Positions 50,993-64,000 are shown, numbered from the stretch's first letter. The stretch is DNA of 64,000 bases from Phyllosticta citribraziliensis (GCF_038025025.1 NW_027117339.1:186001-250000), one strand, 5' to 3'. Made by a program: numbers and translations. The notes: generated by a model not told the origin, from the letters alone.

Positions 50993-52009
50993 CTACGTCC
51001 GGATCTGGTGAACAAAATCATCAAACAGCGTCGTCCAACTGTCCTCCTTCTCCTTGGCCCACTCCTCAACGCGAAGCACCTCCTCCCGATGCCTCGCCAC
51101 ATCAACCACCTTCTCATCATTCAGCACGGGCACCTCCATGGCCATCAACAACGCCAGCAGCGCGCCCGACCTCGAGACCTTTGCAAACTCGGCCAACAAC
51201 GACACCGGCGTCGACGTAATCAAGCTCTGGTTCTTGGGCCCCAGCACGCCGTCGGCCTGGTACACCATGTCGTTGCGGGCACAAAACATGCGCATGGGCA
51301 GCTCCCACTGATTCTTGGGATACAGCGCGCACTGCGCGACGGCGGGCTTGACGTTCGCGTTGCGGTACAGCACGCCGAGGCGCTTGAGCATGCCCCAGTT
51401 GCGCACGCCCAGGTACCGGACCTGCTGCGGCACGTAGGTCTCGAGGGCCTGCCAGGCGGCGTGGATCCAGGCGTCAAAGGTCTCGGGGGTGCCAACCGTC
51501 TCGGGGGCGTACTTGGGGTAGTCGAGGAGCAGGCAATCGACGTAGGCCGACGCGGCGTTGTCCTCTTCATGGCGCAGGTTGTGCAGCGTCTTCTGGACCG
51601 ACGCGTGCACGTACTCTTGGATAAATTCTGGCGTCAATGGTCGAGCCCACAGCTTGTAGCGCGGCCATTTGCAGGCCGCTTGTACCTTGGTGTTGAAATC
51701 TTAGTTTTCCTTGCTCTCTTTCTAACGGCCGAGTGGCCCAACGGAACGGGTCCATACGAAGATTTGCTCGCGCGTCAGGCCTTGTGATTGGAGGGCTTCT
51801 CTGATGCCGTCGCCAACGTTCTCTTCGTTTGCCGGTAGCTTTTCACTGTTGCTAGCGTCGATGGCTGTGAAGCCCGTTTTGAGCCCTTCTTGGACAAAGT
51901 GTGCATGATATGGCCCTTCGCCAGCTTGCCGGACGCTGGAGGTGTAAATGAGAGGAGGGTGGCCAATGACTCGCACCAGACTTGAGCGCTGCGCCGTCAG
52001 AGAGGCCAT
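50993..52009 (-). CDS. Aldo-keto reductase-fold protein with degenerate catalytic residues
   Basis: GFTAIDA, NEENVGDGIREAL, LTREQIF, YVDCLLL, VRYLGVRN, VKPAVAQ; one intron at about 51686-51755. Confidence 0.75.
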
Positions 52010-52089
52010 GTTGCTAATTGTCGATGAATACTGTAATGATCTGGTGCCAGATGTCCGATCAGGTTGTTTGCATATGGTCCGTGCTTAGG

Positions 52090-52250
52090 ATACATTCCTG
52101 TTATATCTTGGCAGTAATGAAAAACCTCTTAACGAGAGGATAGCCTGATTACTAAAAAATAGGACAAACTCCTAAATTTTCTAAGCCTTGTTAGTTTTTA
52201 GAGTGCTAATGTAGCTGATTAGATATGTCTGTTTAGAGCTATAATCCTGG
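52090..52250. other. Short AT/TpA-rich tract (RIP-like relic)
   Basis: Abrupt AT-rich, TAG/TAA/CTA-dense patch in a GC-balanced region. Confidence 0.5.
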
Positions 52251-52396
52251 CCCCCCGGCCTTCGCCTATCCGCAGTAGTCTCCTGCAGGCACAACAATTC
52301 CCGCGGGCGACCCGTCGCTGGCATTGACTTTCTCATCTCTCTTTCGTGTTCGAATGTTGGCGCGTAAATGAACTCTAAACAAACAAGAAGACCTCC

Positions 52397-53848
52397 CTAT
52401 ATTCTCTCGCCTTCGAGGATGGACCGCGCCTCTTCGCTCTTCCACCAACTGACGCCCTCCTTGCCCGGAAACTCAAACCTGTCCATACTCTTCGCCTTCA
52501 TCTCCACGCTATAGCCCGGCTCAGTTGGCGTGACGTAGTAGCCGTCTTTGATCACACTCGGATGGAGAAAGTGCTCGTGCAAGTGGTCCACGTACTCCAG
52601 CACACTGAGCTTGCCGCTCACAGCAACATAGTCAATGGTGCTCAGGTGCTGCGTGTACTCTGGCAGGCCAACACCTCCGGAATGAGGAACAATGGGAACA
52701 TTGAACTTCTTTGCCATGAGCAAGACGGCCAGGACCTCGTTGACGCCACCCATGCGGCACGCGTCTATTTGGCAAATGTCGATGGCGCCCTGTTGCAACA
52801 GCTGCTTGAAAATGACGCGATTTTGACACATTTCACCCGTTGCGACGCCAATGCCGAGAGGCTTGAGCGCCTCGCGAATGGCCTTGTGACCAAAGACGTC
52901 GTCGGGCGATGTGGGCTCCTCGATGAACCAGGGCTTGAACTCGGCGAGCTGCGTCATGTACACAATGGCCTCGGGAACGGACCAGACCTGGTTGGCGTCG
53001 ACCATGAGGATGTTGCCGTTGTCGTAGCCAATGACGGAGCGGGCAATCGAAAGACGCTCCTTGTCTTGCTCGATGGAAGTGCCTACCTTGAGCTTAAAGT
53101 GCCGGTACCCCTTCTCGAGCGTCTCGTGCAATAGCGTCTTCATCTTGTCTTGGTCGTAGCCCAGCCATCCCGCGCTGGTCGTGTAGGCGGGCACGGCCTT
53201 GTCGGCTTCCGCTTCCTTGATTCGCTGCTCTTTGCCAGGCTCGGCCGCCTTGAGCATCTGGATTGCTTCCTCGGGCGTGATGGCGTCGGTGATGTATCGA
53301 AAGTCGATGCAGCGGACAAATTCCTCCGGGCTGAATTCCGATACGATGCGCCAGACAGGCTTCTTCAATACCTTGGCCCAAAGGTCCCAGATTGCGTTTA
53401 CCACGGCACCGAGAGCAAGGTGGATGACTCCCTTCTCGGGGCCGATCCAGCGGAGCTGGCTGTCCGAGACCAAATATCTCCACGTCTTTCCCCAGTCTGC
53501 AACGAGACTTTCCAGAGACTTGCCCTGCAGTCTTTGAGCAAGTTGCTTGATCGCCTGGCAGACGATTTCGTTGCCCCGTCCAATGGTGAAGGTCTGTCGA
53601 CGCCGAGTAAGTAGGTGCTGGGGAGAAGGCAGTGATGATGTGTACCATGCCGTGGCCTGAATATTCCGAATCCGTCTTTAGAATACAATACGCCGCCGAA
53701 TAGTCACCAGCAGCATTCATGGCATCGGAGCCTGTCTTGTCGAGGGAGGTCTACAAAGCATGAGCCCTAGATACTGGCCTCGAACCATGCAAGGATGACA
53801 TACCGGAAAGCGGACATCGCGCGTCTCCGAGCTAGAAATAGTCAACAT
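52397..53848 (-). CDS. lgd1: L-galactonate dehydratase (enolase superfamily; D-galacturonate catabolism)
   Basis: DVRFP|TSLDKTGSDAMN, DSQLRWIGPEKGVIHLA, YTTSAGWLGY, FKLKVG, MVDANQ, FIEEPTSPDD, ATGE, EYVDHLH. Also known as gaaB; L-fuconate dehydratases are close relatives. Confidence 0.9.
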
Positions 53849-53998
53849 GATTGAAGCGAGGACAATTAATCGAAGCACAGGAAAAGTCGCCGACACAACC
53901 TAGTCCCAGTGCCTAACGGCGAGCGAGGGAAGTTAAATGTGTTGATGGTTGACCCCACGGCTACCCCTCGCGGGGTCTCAGTGGGGTGGTCGAGGCTG

Positions 53999-54007
53999 AT
54001 TGGTGGA
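53999..54007 (-). promoter_or_regulatory. GARE (GaaR-type) motif TCCACCAAT upstream of the dehydratase
   Basis: Exact consensus match about 150 bp upstream of the ATG; three SYGGRG CreA-like sites at about 53953-53986. Confidence 0.75.
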
Positions 54008-54722
54008 GAAACTCGGCCCAGGAATATCAAGGCCCGGTGGTTTTTGGCGAATTACTATCTCAGAACCATGCCATCAATTTTCCAGGCCTTCGATTGATCT
54101 TGGATTTCAGAATCCACGACGTGGTCATCCGCTCACGGCTGGTGAGTTTCCTGCGACTAATGGAGGGCGCGGTCTTGACATCGCTTTTAACTCTACCATT
54201 TAGTTGTGAACAACACCATGGCTTCAACTCTACTTCTCGTGTCAACGAGTCCGTTGTGCCAACTTAAATATGTGAATAACCCAGCAAGTCTAGCGCAGCC
54301 CTAATGGCTGAGTAGGACTGGCGATGGAAGTGTAGGTACCGTATATTCTTAACTCGTCATCCTAATATTCTTAGTTTCTCCGCCTGAACTGGTCCAATCG
54401 AGTAGATACATTGTTGCCCTGCTCACCCGTGATAGAATCTAGTACGCTTCTACTAATCCATAATCCACGTGCGGCGAGACAGCAAGTAAGTTGACATGAT
54501 CCTGGCCATCTGATAAAGAGAGACAATATGAAAAAGAGTGAATGGACGATGCAATAGATGCATCAACATCAAAGGGTTCAAAGCAAAGAATCTCCGAGTG
54601 AATAACCGAAACAAAGGAGGAAATGGTCAAAGTGTAACAACTAGACAAACGATCTCGTGCTCCAGCGCATATCTTGACAGTTGAGCATTGAATGAGGGTG
54701 AATGCTTAACTGCCTCCAGCAT

Positions 54723-55313
54723 CTACTGGGACGCCAGTGGCCGTGGGCTCACAGTAAACTGTTTGACGTTGACCTTGTAGCCTCCGGTAGCTTTGGGAGC
54801 ACCATAGACGATATGCCCCCCTGCATCCCCCGCACGCTTGATGACCACGGAAGCTCCATCAGTGACCAACTTGCCGCCCTCCTGTTTGAACCCGGACTTG
54901 ATCGTTCCAGTGATGACGGGGTTCCAAAAACGTTGGCCCCGACCTTCTGTGATTTGGAGGCCTCTCCAGACGAAATTTTTCGTGAGGAATTTCGTGGAGC
55001 CGACTTGTGTCAACGACTTTTCGCCCATAACGAAAAGTCTGGCCGATTCAGCTCCAACCAAGGTTGAACCAGCGACTCCGCTCACGACGGTGGCGGAGCG
55101 GTCAGCATTGACGGCGGCAAAAGTCAATTCTCCTGCAGTGACCTCAGTCATCGCGATTTCTGCTGATGTGGCCACTTCGGCCACGGCGGCCTCTCCGGCG
55201 ATGGTGGATGCGATTTCGAAGATGATTTCGACGGCGAAAATCGTTGCGACAATAAATTGTGCTTGTGCCGCCGAGGTGAAGACAAAGGCGAAGAATATGA
55301 GACTGAAGCGCAT
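54723..55313 (-). CDS. Orphan secreted protein, 196 aa, Cys-free
   Basis: Signal peptide MRFSLIFFAFVFTSAAQA; intronless ORF flanked by AT-rich DNA. Confidence 0.75.
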   Translation of the reverse strand: MRFSLIFFAFVFTSAAQAQFIVATIFAVEIIFEIASTIAGEAAVAEVATSAEIAMTEVTAGELTFAAVNADRSATVVSGVAGSTLVGAESARLFVMGEKSLTQVGSTKFLTKNFVWRGLQITEGRGQRFWNPVITGTIKSGFKQEGGKLVTDGASVVIKRAGDAGGHIVYGAPKATGGYKVNVKQFTVSPRPLASQ

Positions 55314-55319
55314 GTTGTC

Positions 55320-55990
55320 CTGACGATTGAATGAGTCAAAATCTCTTCGATTATTCTCTAAGAAAGTCTTACCAGGTATCTTGTTGAACTTGAGTCTCTA
55401 AAGAATTCTTTCACGGCTAGTGTGTTTGTAAGATTAAGGAGTGTAGAAATTGAAGGGCAGTGCCGAATATTAATCTAGAGCCATAGTGGTGGTCTAACCG
55501 CCTTGTCTTGGAGGGTATATTGAAGATAATAATAGAGAAGCTTAATATCTTGTACCAAGTTCTATGAAGTCCGTATCTTAAACGAAGATGCTATTAAAGA
55601 GCAGGGGTGTTCTCGTAAACCCTCACCATCATAGTAGCAGGAGTAAAAGTTGAGTTTAGAAGTCAAGTTTAAAAGGGTCAACCTTAAGAGCGCTAATAGT
55701 GGAGGATGCGTGAAGATTAGTTATCACGTCATGTACTATAGCATGCAAACCTAATATGGGGATGTCTTACTCTAGTGAATAACAATCTCTGAGCGATTAT
55801 AAATGATACGGCTATCTTAGGTTGTAGTTACTGAAAGGTGTCTATATAAAATTTCATTCGCCTGATATCAAATTGACATGTCTAAGCCACTTCACTTCAA
55901 AGACGACCGACAATGCAACTATCTACTGCCACGGTTAGTACCATGTTAGCTGCCATCTGAATGCCTATTCATTGATCCCTAGCTTCTTAT
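55320..55990. other. AT/TpA-rich ORF-free tract (RIP-like)
   Basis: Visibly AT-rich with dense TA dinucleotides and essentially no ORFs in the track. Confidence 0.5.
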
Positions 55991-58234
55991 CTTTCTTGAG
56001 CTCGCGCTCACCATCGTCTCCACCGCCCTGCCAAATCAATACTGTTGTTTCTCAGAAGAGTCGGAAGCATCCAAGAGAGGGCCATGTTCGCCTTACCAAT
56101 TCGACAGGCACAGAGATGTCGTCAACACCTTTCTTGCTGGCAGCGACTGTGTGAAACGCTCTTGCGGATTCATTCGACTTGATCCTTACCAGATTTTGGT
56201 TTATGCAGAACAATACAACTGCGACAAAGACTTAACGGGAAGCCCTAGACGCGAACTTGGAGATTGCTTCCTCCAGTGCATCCCCGTCCAGCAGTCAGGT
56301 CCTTGTCCGGAATTTTCAGGTACGTGATGCCAAGTCTAGTGCACATCTCTCTAATGGCATCCTAGGAAGTTGTTTCTGAAGGACGAAGCTGCTCCCACAC
56401 ATGCCATGCCAAACGCGTCTTGGTTATTCGTTTATCTCCTTAAAGGTCAAGACAGCAAGCAGCCAGTCGATTCTCTTCCTTTAGTTTTATGTAGACATCT
56501 AGGCCATCGTTGTCTTGCGCGAAAGGAGACGACAATATCAGCCCGCCGTGGTTCGGGAATTTGGCTTGTGTTACATGACAAAGTAAACTTGACTGTCCAC
56601 ACATAGCATCAACTGGCATCATTGTGAAGCTACGCGCGACAAAATCGATAATGCTAAGGAGAGACTTGATCGACATGAATAGACCAGCGCTTCCCAGTGT
56701 ATTTTGGAGAATCGACAGCTTCGACGTGATCATCCTGAGACCGAGAGGGCGCTTCAACGCTGCTAGGTTTTCTTCGACGGCCATCGTGGACAGCTTGTGG
56801 CAAGCAAACTTTGGAGCGTCCAAAGACGAGGCCGAGAGTTGGGGCCCAAAAGCCTAACTGATGTGCGGAGCAGGCGAATAGACCGACCGGGCTTTGTGTA
56901 GTAGGCTGATCGTCGATATTAAGTTTGGTCAACTTGAGCCTTTTCCAAGGTTTCTAACCTGGCAAGATGCGATGCCTCTCGCATCGATCATGAATAATGG
57001 GCTTGAAGTAACCGTTACGACTGGGCTGGCCAATTGTGTGTAGAGAGGGGCTCAGTCTCAAGCGGCGTGTACCATGCTTCTGGTGGAGGATAGGGAGGCT
57101 TGTGCACCACTCCCTGACGTCAGTGTTGATTGGCATGGACAGGTTTAGCACCTGTTAGGCGTGTCTTCGCGCGCGCGCTCTGCTAGAGAACACAACAAAC
57201 GTTCTGCACTCCTTCAACTTCTCGTTTCGTCAGCCCAAATACGACCGTGCGGCTGTTCTCCAAGAATGCCGCATCGTCTCGACTTGGGGTGGGAAGGTTC
57301 TGCTATTTTCTTTCATTTACTCAAAATGCGAGGAAATTGTCGAAGAGAATCGGTTAACAGCCCAATTGTCTTGGTGGCCAGCAGGTCAAGATAATGTGGA
57401 TACGGTAGGTCAACTTCTTTCAGCGGACTGGGGATCTCGTGGCTTCTGGTGGCTTAGATACGGTTGCCGGCGTCGCCTTGGCCACACTCTCGACGCGCAC
57501 AATCCAATAAGCACCCACCGTGGCAAAGCTCTTTGAATAACCGACCGGCTGGTGACCACGCGTTCAGTAGCACAGCAATGTTGGCGGAAAAAGGGTACAT
57601 GGAGCCGATGGATGGTCGAGTTTCTCGATAACCTCGAGAACGTCCAGGTACTCATCCAGATTCCATTACGACTTCGAGGCTTGGACAGGAAATTGACAAG
57701 ACAATGCACTTGGCCACCGCAAAGTGTTCGTGATCTGAATATCGCTGGCGGAAGCGAGCATGTTGAAAGGCGTATGGTAAGGCGGAGCGGTCGAGGCTAG
57801 CCTGTGGCTCGCGGTCTCCAACGGGAAGAGTTCAGGCAGACAGCAGCATCAAAATTGGACGACAAGACGTTGGATGGGCAAGAAGCGGAAGTGGGTTGAC
57901 GATGGACCAATCTGAGGTGGTTCGTGGTCGAAACAAGTGCCCGGCCTAGGCGCCTTCGGCCTCGGCCATGACCCGCGGTGCTGAGTCTTGGTTGACTGGG
58001 CAGGGACCCGCAACCAACGTCTGGCTTCCACCCGCGTCGCCGGTCAGCCATCCGCTTCTCTCTACAGACCATCAACTGCGCGCACGCGACCCCTTGAACA
58101 TCTCCACCATCCAACCCCAAAACCCGTCGCCAGCTGCGCATTCCCAACGGTCGTCCCTCCAATCGCCCGTTTCCGACGACGTCCGCGCCCTCGCGTCCCA
58201 CGCACGCTCACTCCCGCAACTCTTTCCGCGGCCC

Positions 58235-58862
58235 ATGTCTGACGCCTCGAGCACCTTCAACATCCCGCAGCTGATCGTCATTGTCGTCGTCAGCTTCCTG
58301 CTCTTCCGCTGGTACAGCTCCGCCTCTCCGGCCGGCGGCGCCGCCGACAGGTCCAACAACTCGCGCAATGGCGCGCCGCGCGTGAACCCCGCCGCCGTCG
58401 AGCAGGTCGCTCTCATGTTTCCGCAGCTGCAGAGGAGGGACATCATGTGGGACTTGTCCAGAAACGGCAGCAATGTCGCCGCGACTACAGAGCGCATCTT
58501 GAGCGGGCGAGGCCTGGAAGTCGTACGTATTCAACGTGTCCGCTGCTTCAAACCCACTTCTGATATCCGCATCACTTCAGCCTCCACCATCGTACCAGCC
58601 GCAGATGCCGACCCCGCGCACCGCAGCCTCGACGCCCATCATTCCAAAGTCCCAGAACGTCGATTTGATAACGCGATATCACCTGGCAGACAAGATCAAC
58701 GACGAGTCGGCCGCCGCAGAGGAGACGTCTCAGAAGACAACGTGGTCGCAGAACAAGACGGAGAGACAAAGGATTCTACAGAAGCGTCGGCAGGAGATGG
58801 TCCTTGCAGCGCGGAGAAGGATGCTCGAAAAGGACAAGGCGAGCAGTGCGCCTGCATCTTAG
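58235..58862 (+). CDS. CUE-domain ER membrane protein (Cue1/Cue4-like)
   Basis: N-terminal TM, VEQVALMFPQL...WDLSRNGSNVAATTERILSG, DLITRYHL, C-terminal WSQNKTERQRILQKRRQEMVLAARR; one intron. Confidence 0.88.
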
Positions 58863-58990
58863 CATGCCAGAGGAGCGTCGACTTGTTAGCCCAGCATTAG
58901 ATCAAAAATCATCTTGACAGCACAGCGTCCCAATCGGTATATATTCAGCAACTCAGGTGTTCAGATTCCTGCAGGCCCATGGCATCGAAC

Positions 58991-59576
<586 letters not shown>

Positions 59577-60415
59577 GTCTTGCGTTGGAATTGAGGAAAG
59601 GAAAAGGTGGTCTGCGGGCTGGCAGTGACGGTGGGCAGTGCTTCAAGTTGTACTGGCTCCTCTACGCGGTCTTTCAGCCTTACCGACTGCGCCTACTCGA
59701 CTGCGGCGATGTCAGACGTTGTGCCACTGAGAGCGCTTGCGGATGGGACTCGACGTCTTTGGTTTGCTGAGGCGAGTGTTGGGATAAATTGGATCGAAGT
59801 GACTCCAAGACGGCGTAGTCAGCCGCCTGCGCTCCTGATAGGTGGGCACGGGATATTGACGACGGCACAATTCGCCGAAAAAGCCACCACTGCTCGACGA
59901 CGAGACGGATGTTCCCCGGGTAGCGACAAAAAGCAATGGTCTTGATGAAGCTACACAGCACAAAAAAGAAGCAAAAAAGATTCAACCGAATCGAGATATC
60001 GACCAGCACGGGGCTCTGCTTGGATGTTAGATTAGAGTTCAGGAGGTATGAGTGTAGAGAGTACTAACCGAACCCGCAACCTTGCCCTGTTTCCATACGT
60101 TAAAGCGTAGGAGGGGCACGCGCTACCATTGCGCCAACCAGCCGACGTTGTTGCTTTCGAACAATTAAATTAGATTATAACAGTGTATTTTGATTAGTGG
60201 CTGCGACTAAGGCTGTCTGTGTGGTCCCACACCTCAGTCAACGGTGGCTGTGTGTGTACGTTCTGAGCGCGGCACCGGCGAGATTCGGGCCGCTCGGAGT
60301 TAGCACCGAATGCTAATCCCGTCATCGAGCCAGGCGCGGCATCAATGGATCCATGAGGAAACTCTCCACTACAGCGTACCTGCTCTCCCAAAACACATCC
60401 AAATCCTGACCGACC

Positions 60416-61468
60416 ATGCCCTTCTCGCATCACAGCCACTCCGGCCAATTCTGCTCCCATGCCAAGGGCACGCTGGAAGAAATGATCCAGGCAGCCATTG
60501 CAAAAGGCTTCGACACCTTTGCATTGACGGAGCACATGCCGCGAGACGACGAAGACTTGTATCCAGAAGAAGTGCGTGAGTCTGCCCACGCCCACGGTAG
60601 CCAAAAGCTCCACTAACTCTGCCTAGCAAGGCCAAACATCCGCGCAAGGCCTGACGCAGCTCTTCGAAGACTACTACCATGAAGCCCAGTGCCTCCGCGC
60701 AAAGTACCAGTCGCAAATCCACATTCTGATCGGTCTCGAGGCAGAATGGATACGACCGTCGTCGCTGGAACGGATAAAGGCGCTGCTCGAGCAATACCGG
60801 TTCGACCTCTTCATTGGCTCTGTACACCACATGCACACGGTGCCGGTGGACTTTGACCAGCCCATGTACAGCGAGGCGCGGGCAAGGTCGGGCGGCACGG
60901 ATGAGCGCCTGTTTGAGGATTACTACGACGCGCAATACGACATGCTCCAGGCGCTGCGGCCGCCAATCGTCGGGCATTTCGATCTCATCCGGCTGCTGAG
61001 CGACGAGCCGAACCGCGACCCGCGCGCGTGGGGGACAGTTTGGGCAAAGATGCTGCGGAACCTGGAATACATTGCTTCGTATGGCGGGCTGATGGAAATC
61101 AACACTGCTGGGCTGCGCAAAGACATGGCGGAGCCGTACCCTTCGGCGCCAATCTGTCAAGTGGGTATTGACGCGCTTGCGGCACGGTGATGGCTGCTGA
61201 TGGGCGTTTACAGGAATTCCTTCGACTCGGCGGGCGCTTTACCCTGTCGGATGACAGCCACCAGGTTGGCCACGTCGGCACAAACTACCACAAACTCCCC
61301 GAGTTCCTGGGACGCGTGGGCATTCGAGAAGTCTATCGGTTTGTCATAGCTGCCGAGAGTCGCGATGAGCGGTTCCCGGGCATCAGTGTTCAGTCCGTCA
61401 GTGTCAATGACGACGTAGCTACGCACGCGTCGGTCTCGGAAGCTGCCCCAGACAACGGGGCCCCCTGA
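60416..61468 (+). CDS. HIS2: Histidinol-phosphatase (PHP family)
   Basis: MPFSHHSHSGQFCSHA, LTEHMPR, IGLEAEWI, IGSVHH, VGHFDLIRL, EINTAGLRK, FTLSDDSH. Confidence 0.93.
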
Positions 61469-62083
61469 CAAGCTTTGCCGTGCCTCGACTCCCAACAGAT
61501 AGCAAGCAACAAGGGGCCTAAGTGACCAATGACGACACGGAGGAGGGCGGCGGACTCCACGTGAGATGGCGCAAAGGCAGGAGGTTGAGCACTTTGGGCA
61601 TTAGACGGAACGCGGGACAGCCGTAGAGACGATAGCTGGGATGGCCTAGAAGTCAAAAGGGGCGCAGCGTGCATGACGGCAGCGGGCGCAGGTCCAATTG
61701 CGAAGGGCGAGAGGCATGGGAATTGATGCGGATGGATGATCTCGGTCGGATGTGGTGCCTGGTGCGCATATAGAGTTTCGAGACCCCGCCACGTGCGGAA
61801 GCGGCGCCGGCGGGGTAGGAATTGGGCGATGACGACCTGAGCAGCCGCAAGGTACAGCGGTACTGTACTGTACTGTACTGAATTGTCACCTCACAGTCTG
61901 TCCCTATATCAACCCTCCATTCCCTCCGTTCCGCTCGGGCCTCGTCTGTGCTGACCTGACTCCCCGCGCCACTTTTCCCTTGCCTTTGTAGCGTCACCTC
62001 CATCTCGAACCCCTCCATCCCCCCCACCACATCACCACATCACCACACATTCCACCAACAAACGTCACCTTCATTTAGCAATC

Positions 62084-62791
62084 ATGGGTGTCGAGAAGCA
62101 AACCATCAAGCCCGGCGACGGCGTCACCAAGCCCAGCGTCGGCGACACCGTCACCATGGAGTACACTGGCTTCCTGCAGGACCCTTCGGGCAACAAGGGC
62201 AAGCAGTAAGCCGACCCGCGACCTGACTCCACACCTACACAGGAACCCAGATCCGCTGACCCAATCTGCCACAGGTTCGACTCGTCCGTCGGCCGCGGCG
62301 ACTTCCAGACCGCGATTGGCGTTGGTCGCGTCATCAAAGGTACACCCCACCACACGAACACAGCGCTTAGGAAGCTGTCGACAACGCTTGGAACAAGAGG
62401 TGCTGACAGGCGCACTCTGCAGGCTGGGACGAGGGCATCGTCGGCACGGCTTCCAAGCCCGGCATGACGCTCGGCGAGAAGGCGACTCTGACCATCACCG
62501 CGTACGTGGCCAACCAACCCTGACACCCCCCGTCAAATCGTTGCTGGACTTCTTTGCTGACATATTTTGCTGGACAGTGACTACGGATACGGCGCTGCGT
62601 AAGACTCCCCTCCCGTCTATGCTACGGATACACCGATGGTGACGCAACGACATCATTGCGGAATGCGGCGACACAACGGATCTGATGCTGACATGCTTTG
62701 CCCTCACAGCGGCTTCCCCGGCCACATCCCGCCCAACGCGACGCTCATCTTCGACGTCGAGCTCAAGGGCATCAACAACCAGCGGGCTTAA
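62084..62791 (+). CDS. FPR1: FKBP12-type peptidyl-prolyl isomerase
   Basis: Five exons: MGVEKQTIKPGDG, FDSSVGRG, IGVGRVIKGWDEG, a 21-nt microexon (DYGYGA), GFPGHIPPNATLIFDVEL. Confidence 0.95.
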
Positions 62792-64000
62792 GCGGAGAAC
62801 AAGAGGTACGCCGCATGAGCCGCCAACCCACGCACCTCGTCTGACACACCGACAGGAATCCCATTCGTGGATTGTCGCCAGAACGCGGCGCTCCCTTCAC
62901 CAGGGGCCCGCTCTAGAATCTGGCCGTCCTCTTGGCCTCGTCTGCTTTTGGTTTTGGAAAGAGTGAACGAGAAAAACATTTGAGAGATTTCATTTGCTGT
63001 TGATACAGAGCAGAGACGGGCTGTCGTCTCAAAGGGGTTGCCCCTGAATCAATCAAGAATACACACATGATGCATTCACGCTTGGAGACTCTTTACACAG
63101 TGTCGGACACAGTGTCGGGCCTGCGAAGCCTCTCGTCTTGTTGCGCTCTGCTCCGCAGGCTGCATTTTCTATCCCGCATGCGCCCATGTTTCTATCCATC
63201 CTCCCTCCCGGACCTTCTCCCTCGCGCCCCAAGGAACCAAACAGAGTCGACAGACGTGAATGCGTATCTTGGCGATAGATATCGACGTCGACTGGACTGG
63301 CTGGCTGCCGTTTGCGTGTCTTTCACGCCTAGCCGCGCCCCTCCCCGTGCAGTGGACGGGTGTGTGGTTGTCTTCCTGATGTGTCGTGCTAGGCGCGTAA
63401 CCGTCGTTTGCATTGAGAGGGCTCAGTCATTGAAAATCTATCCTTATGCTGCTGTTGATTTCATGTTGCATCGTCTTGAACTGTCCTTTCTTTCCTGTTC
63501 CTGCGCAGCGGCACGACAGCATGCATGCATGCATGCACGGCTGCCGCGGCCGTCTCTGCGTCTGTCTCTGCTTCTGCATTCTTCTTCTGTCCGTTCGGTT
63601 CGGGTCGGCTTTGATGATGTGATGATGGGCAATCGGAAGGAGGAAGGGAAAAAGGTTTTGCTGGCTAGCTGTCTGACTGACTTACTGGGGCGGGCTATGC
63701 AGGTGGTGTTGCTGAGGGGGTTGGAGAGCCCAAGTTTGTAGGCTGGTGGATGTGATGGCAAGGCAAAGTGAAGTGGTGAAGAAGAGGGAGAGGAAGAAGA
63801 AGAAGAGTAAGAGGGACGGTCAGCCAACCAATCAACCAATCAGCAAATCACTCCACGTCCTGGATCAGCACAAGTTACCGCAGCAGCAGCGTCTTCGGGA
63901 AGAGGAGGAGGAGGAAGCCTCTTGACCTCACTGATGGCGTGGCACTGACGTGCTTGATTTGAGGAGATGAAGTTTGCCGTGGAGGTTCATGCTTCTGCTT

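Noticed and set aside
21984..53848. AA9, GH12, GH51 and the dehydratase as a single gene cluster
   Set aside because: They are spread over 30 kb and separated by unrelated housekeeping genes; only the shared GARE motif is reported.
62578..62598. 21-nt FKBP microexon (and short GDI1 exons) as stwintron or unusual splicing
   Set aside because: All flanking introns are canonical and give the expected protein.

Overview
Gene-dense region of a filamentous ascomycete (Pezizomycotina-type) genome, with short GT-AG introns and CTRAC branch points. Recognisable genes: a Zn2Cys6 transcription factor, NOT2, mitochondrial uL29m, Rab-GDI, SRP receptor beta, an AA9 LPMO, DUF3253, SNU23, GH12, a CAP10/GT90-like protein, GH51, an R3H-associated protein, an AKR-fold protein, L-galactonate dehydratase, a CUE protein, a Nudix hydrolase, HIS2 and FKBP12. 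Between them lie lineage-specific stretches. The main ones: (1) a tandem array of four highly diverged orphan helical-protein paralogues (16271-21560) that share intron positions and a C-terminal motif and are invisible in the ORF track until spliced; (2) a spliced, apparently non-coding locus (about 41.4-43.3 kb) built from repeated exon+intron units, each carrying a hairpin with a conserved base and a variable top; (3) an F-box pseudogene and a SNF2 pseudogene broken by TAG/TAA stops consistent with RIP; (4) an AKR lacking catalytic residues beside the dehydratase; (5) GaaR-type GARE motifs upstream of both GH51 and the dehydratase; (6) an orphan secreted protein between AT/TpA-rich tracts. 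All exon models and family assignments were made by eye and are not database-verified.
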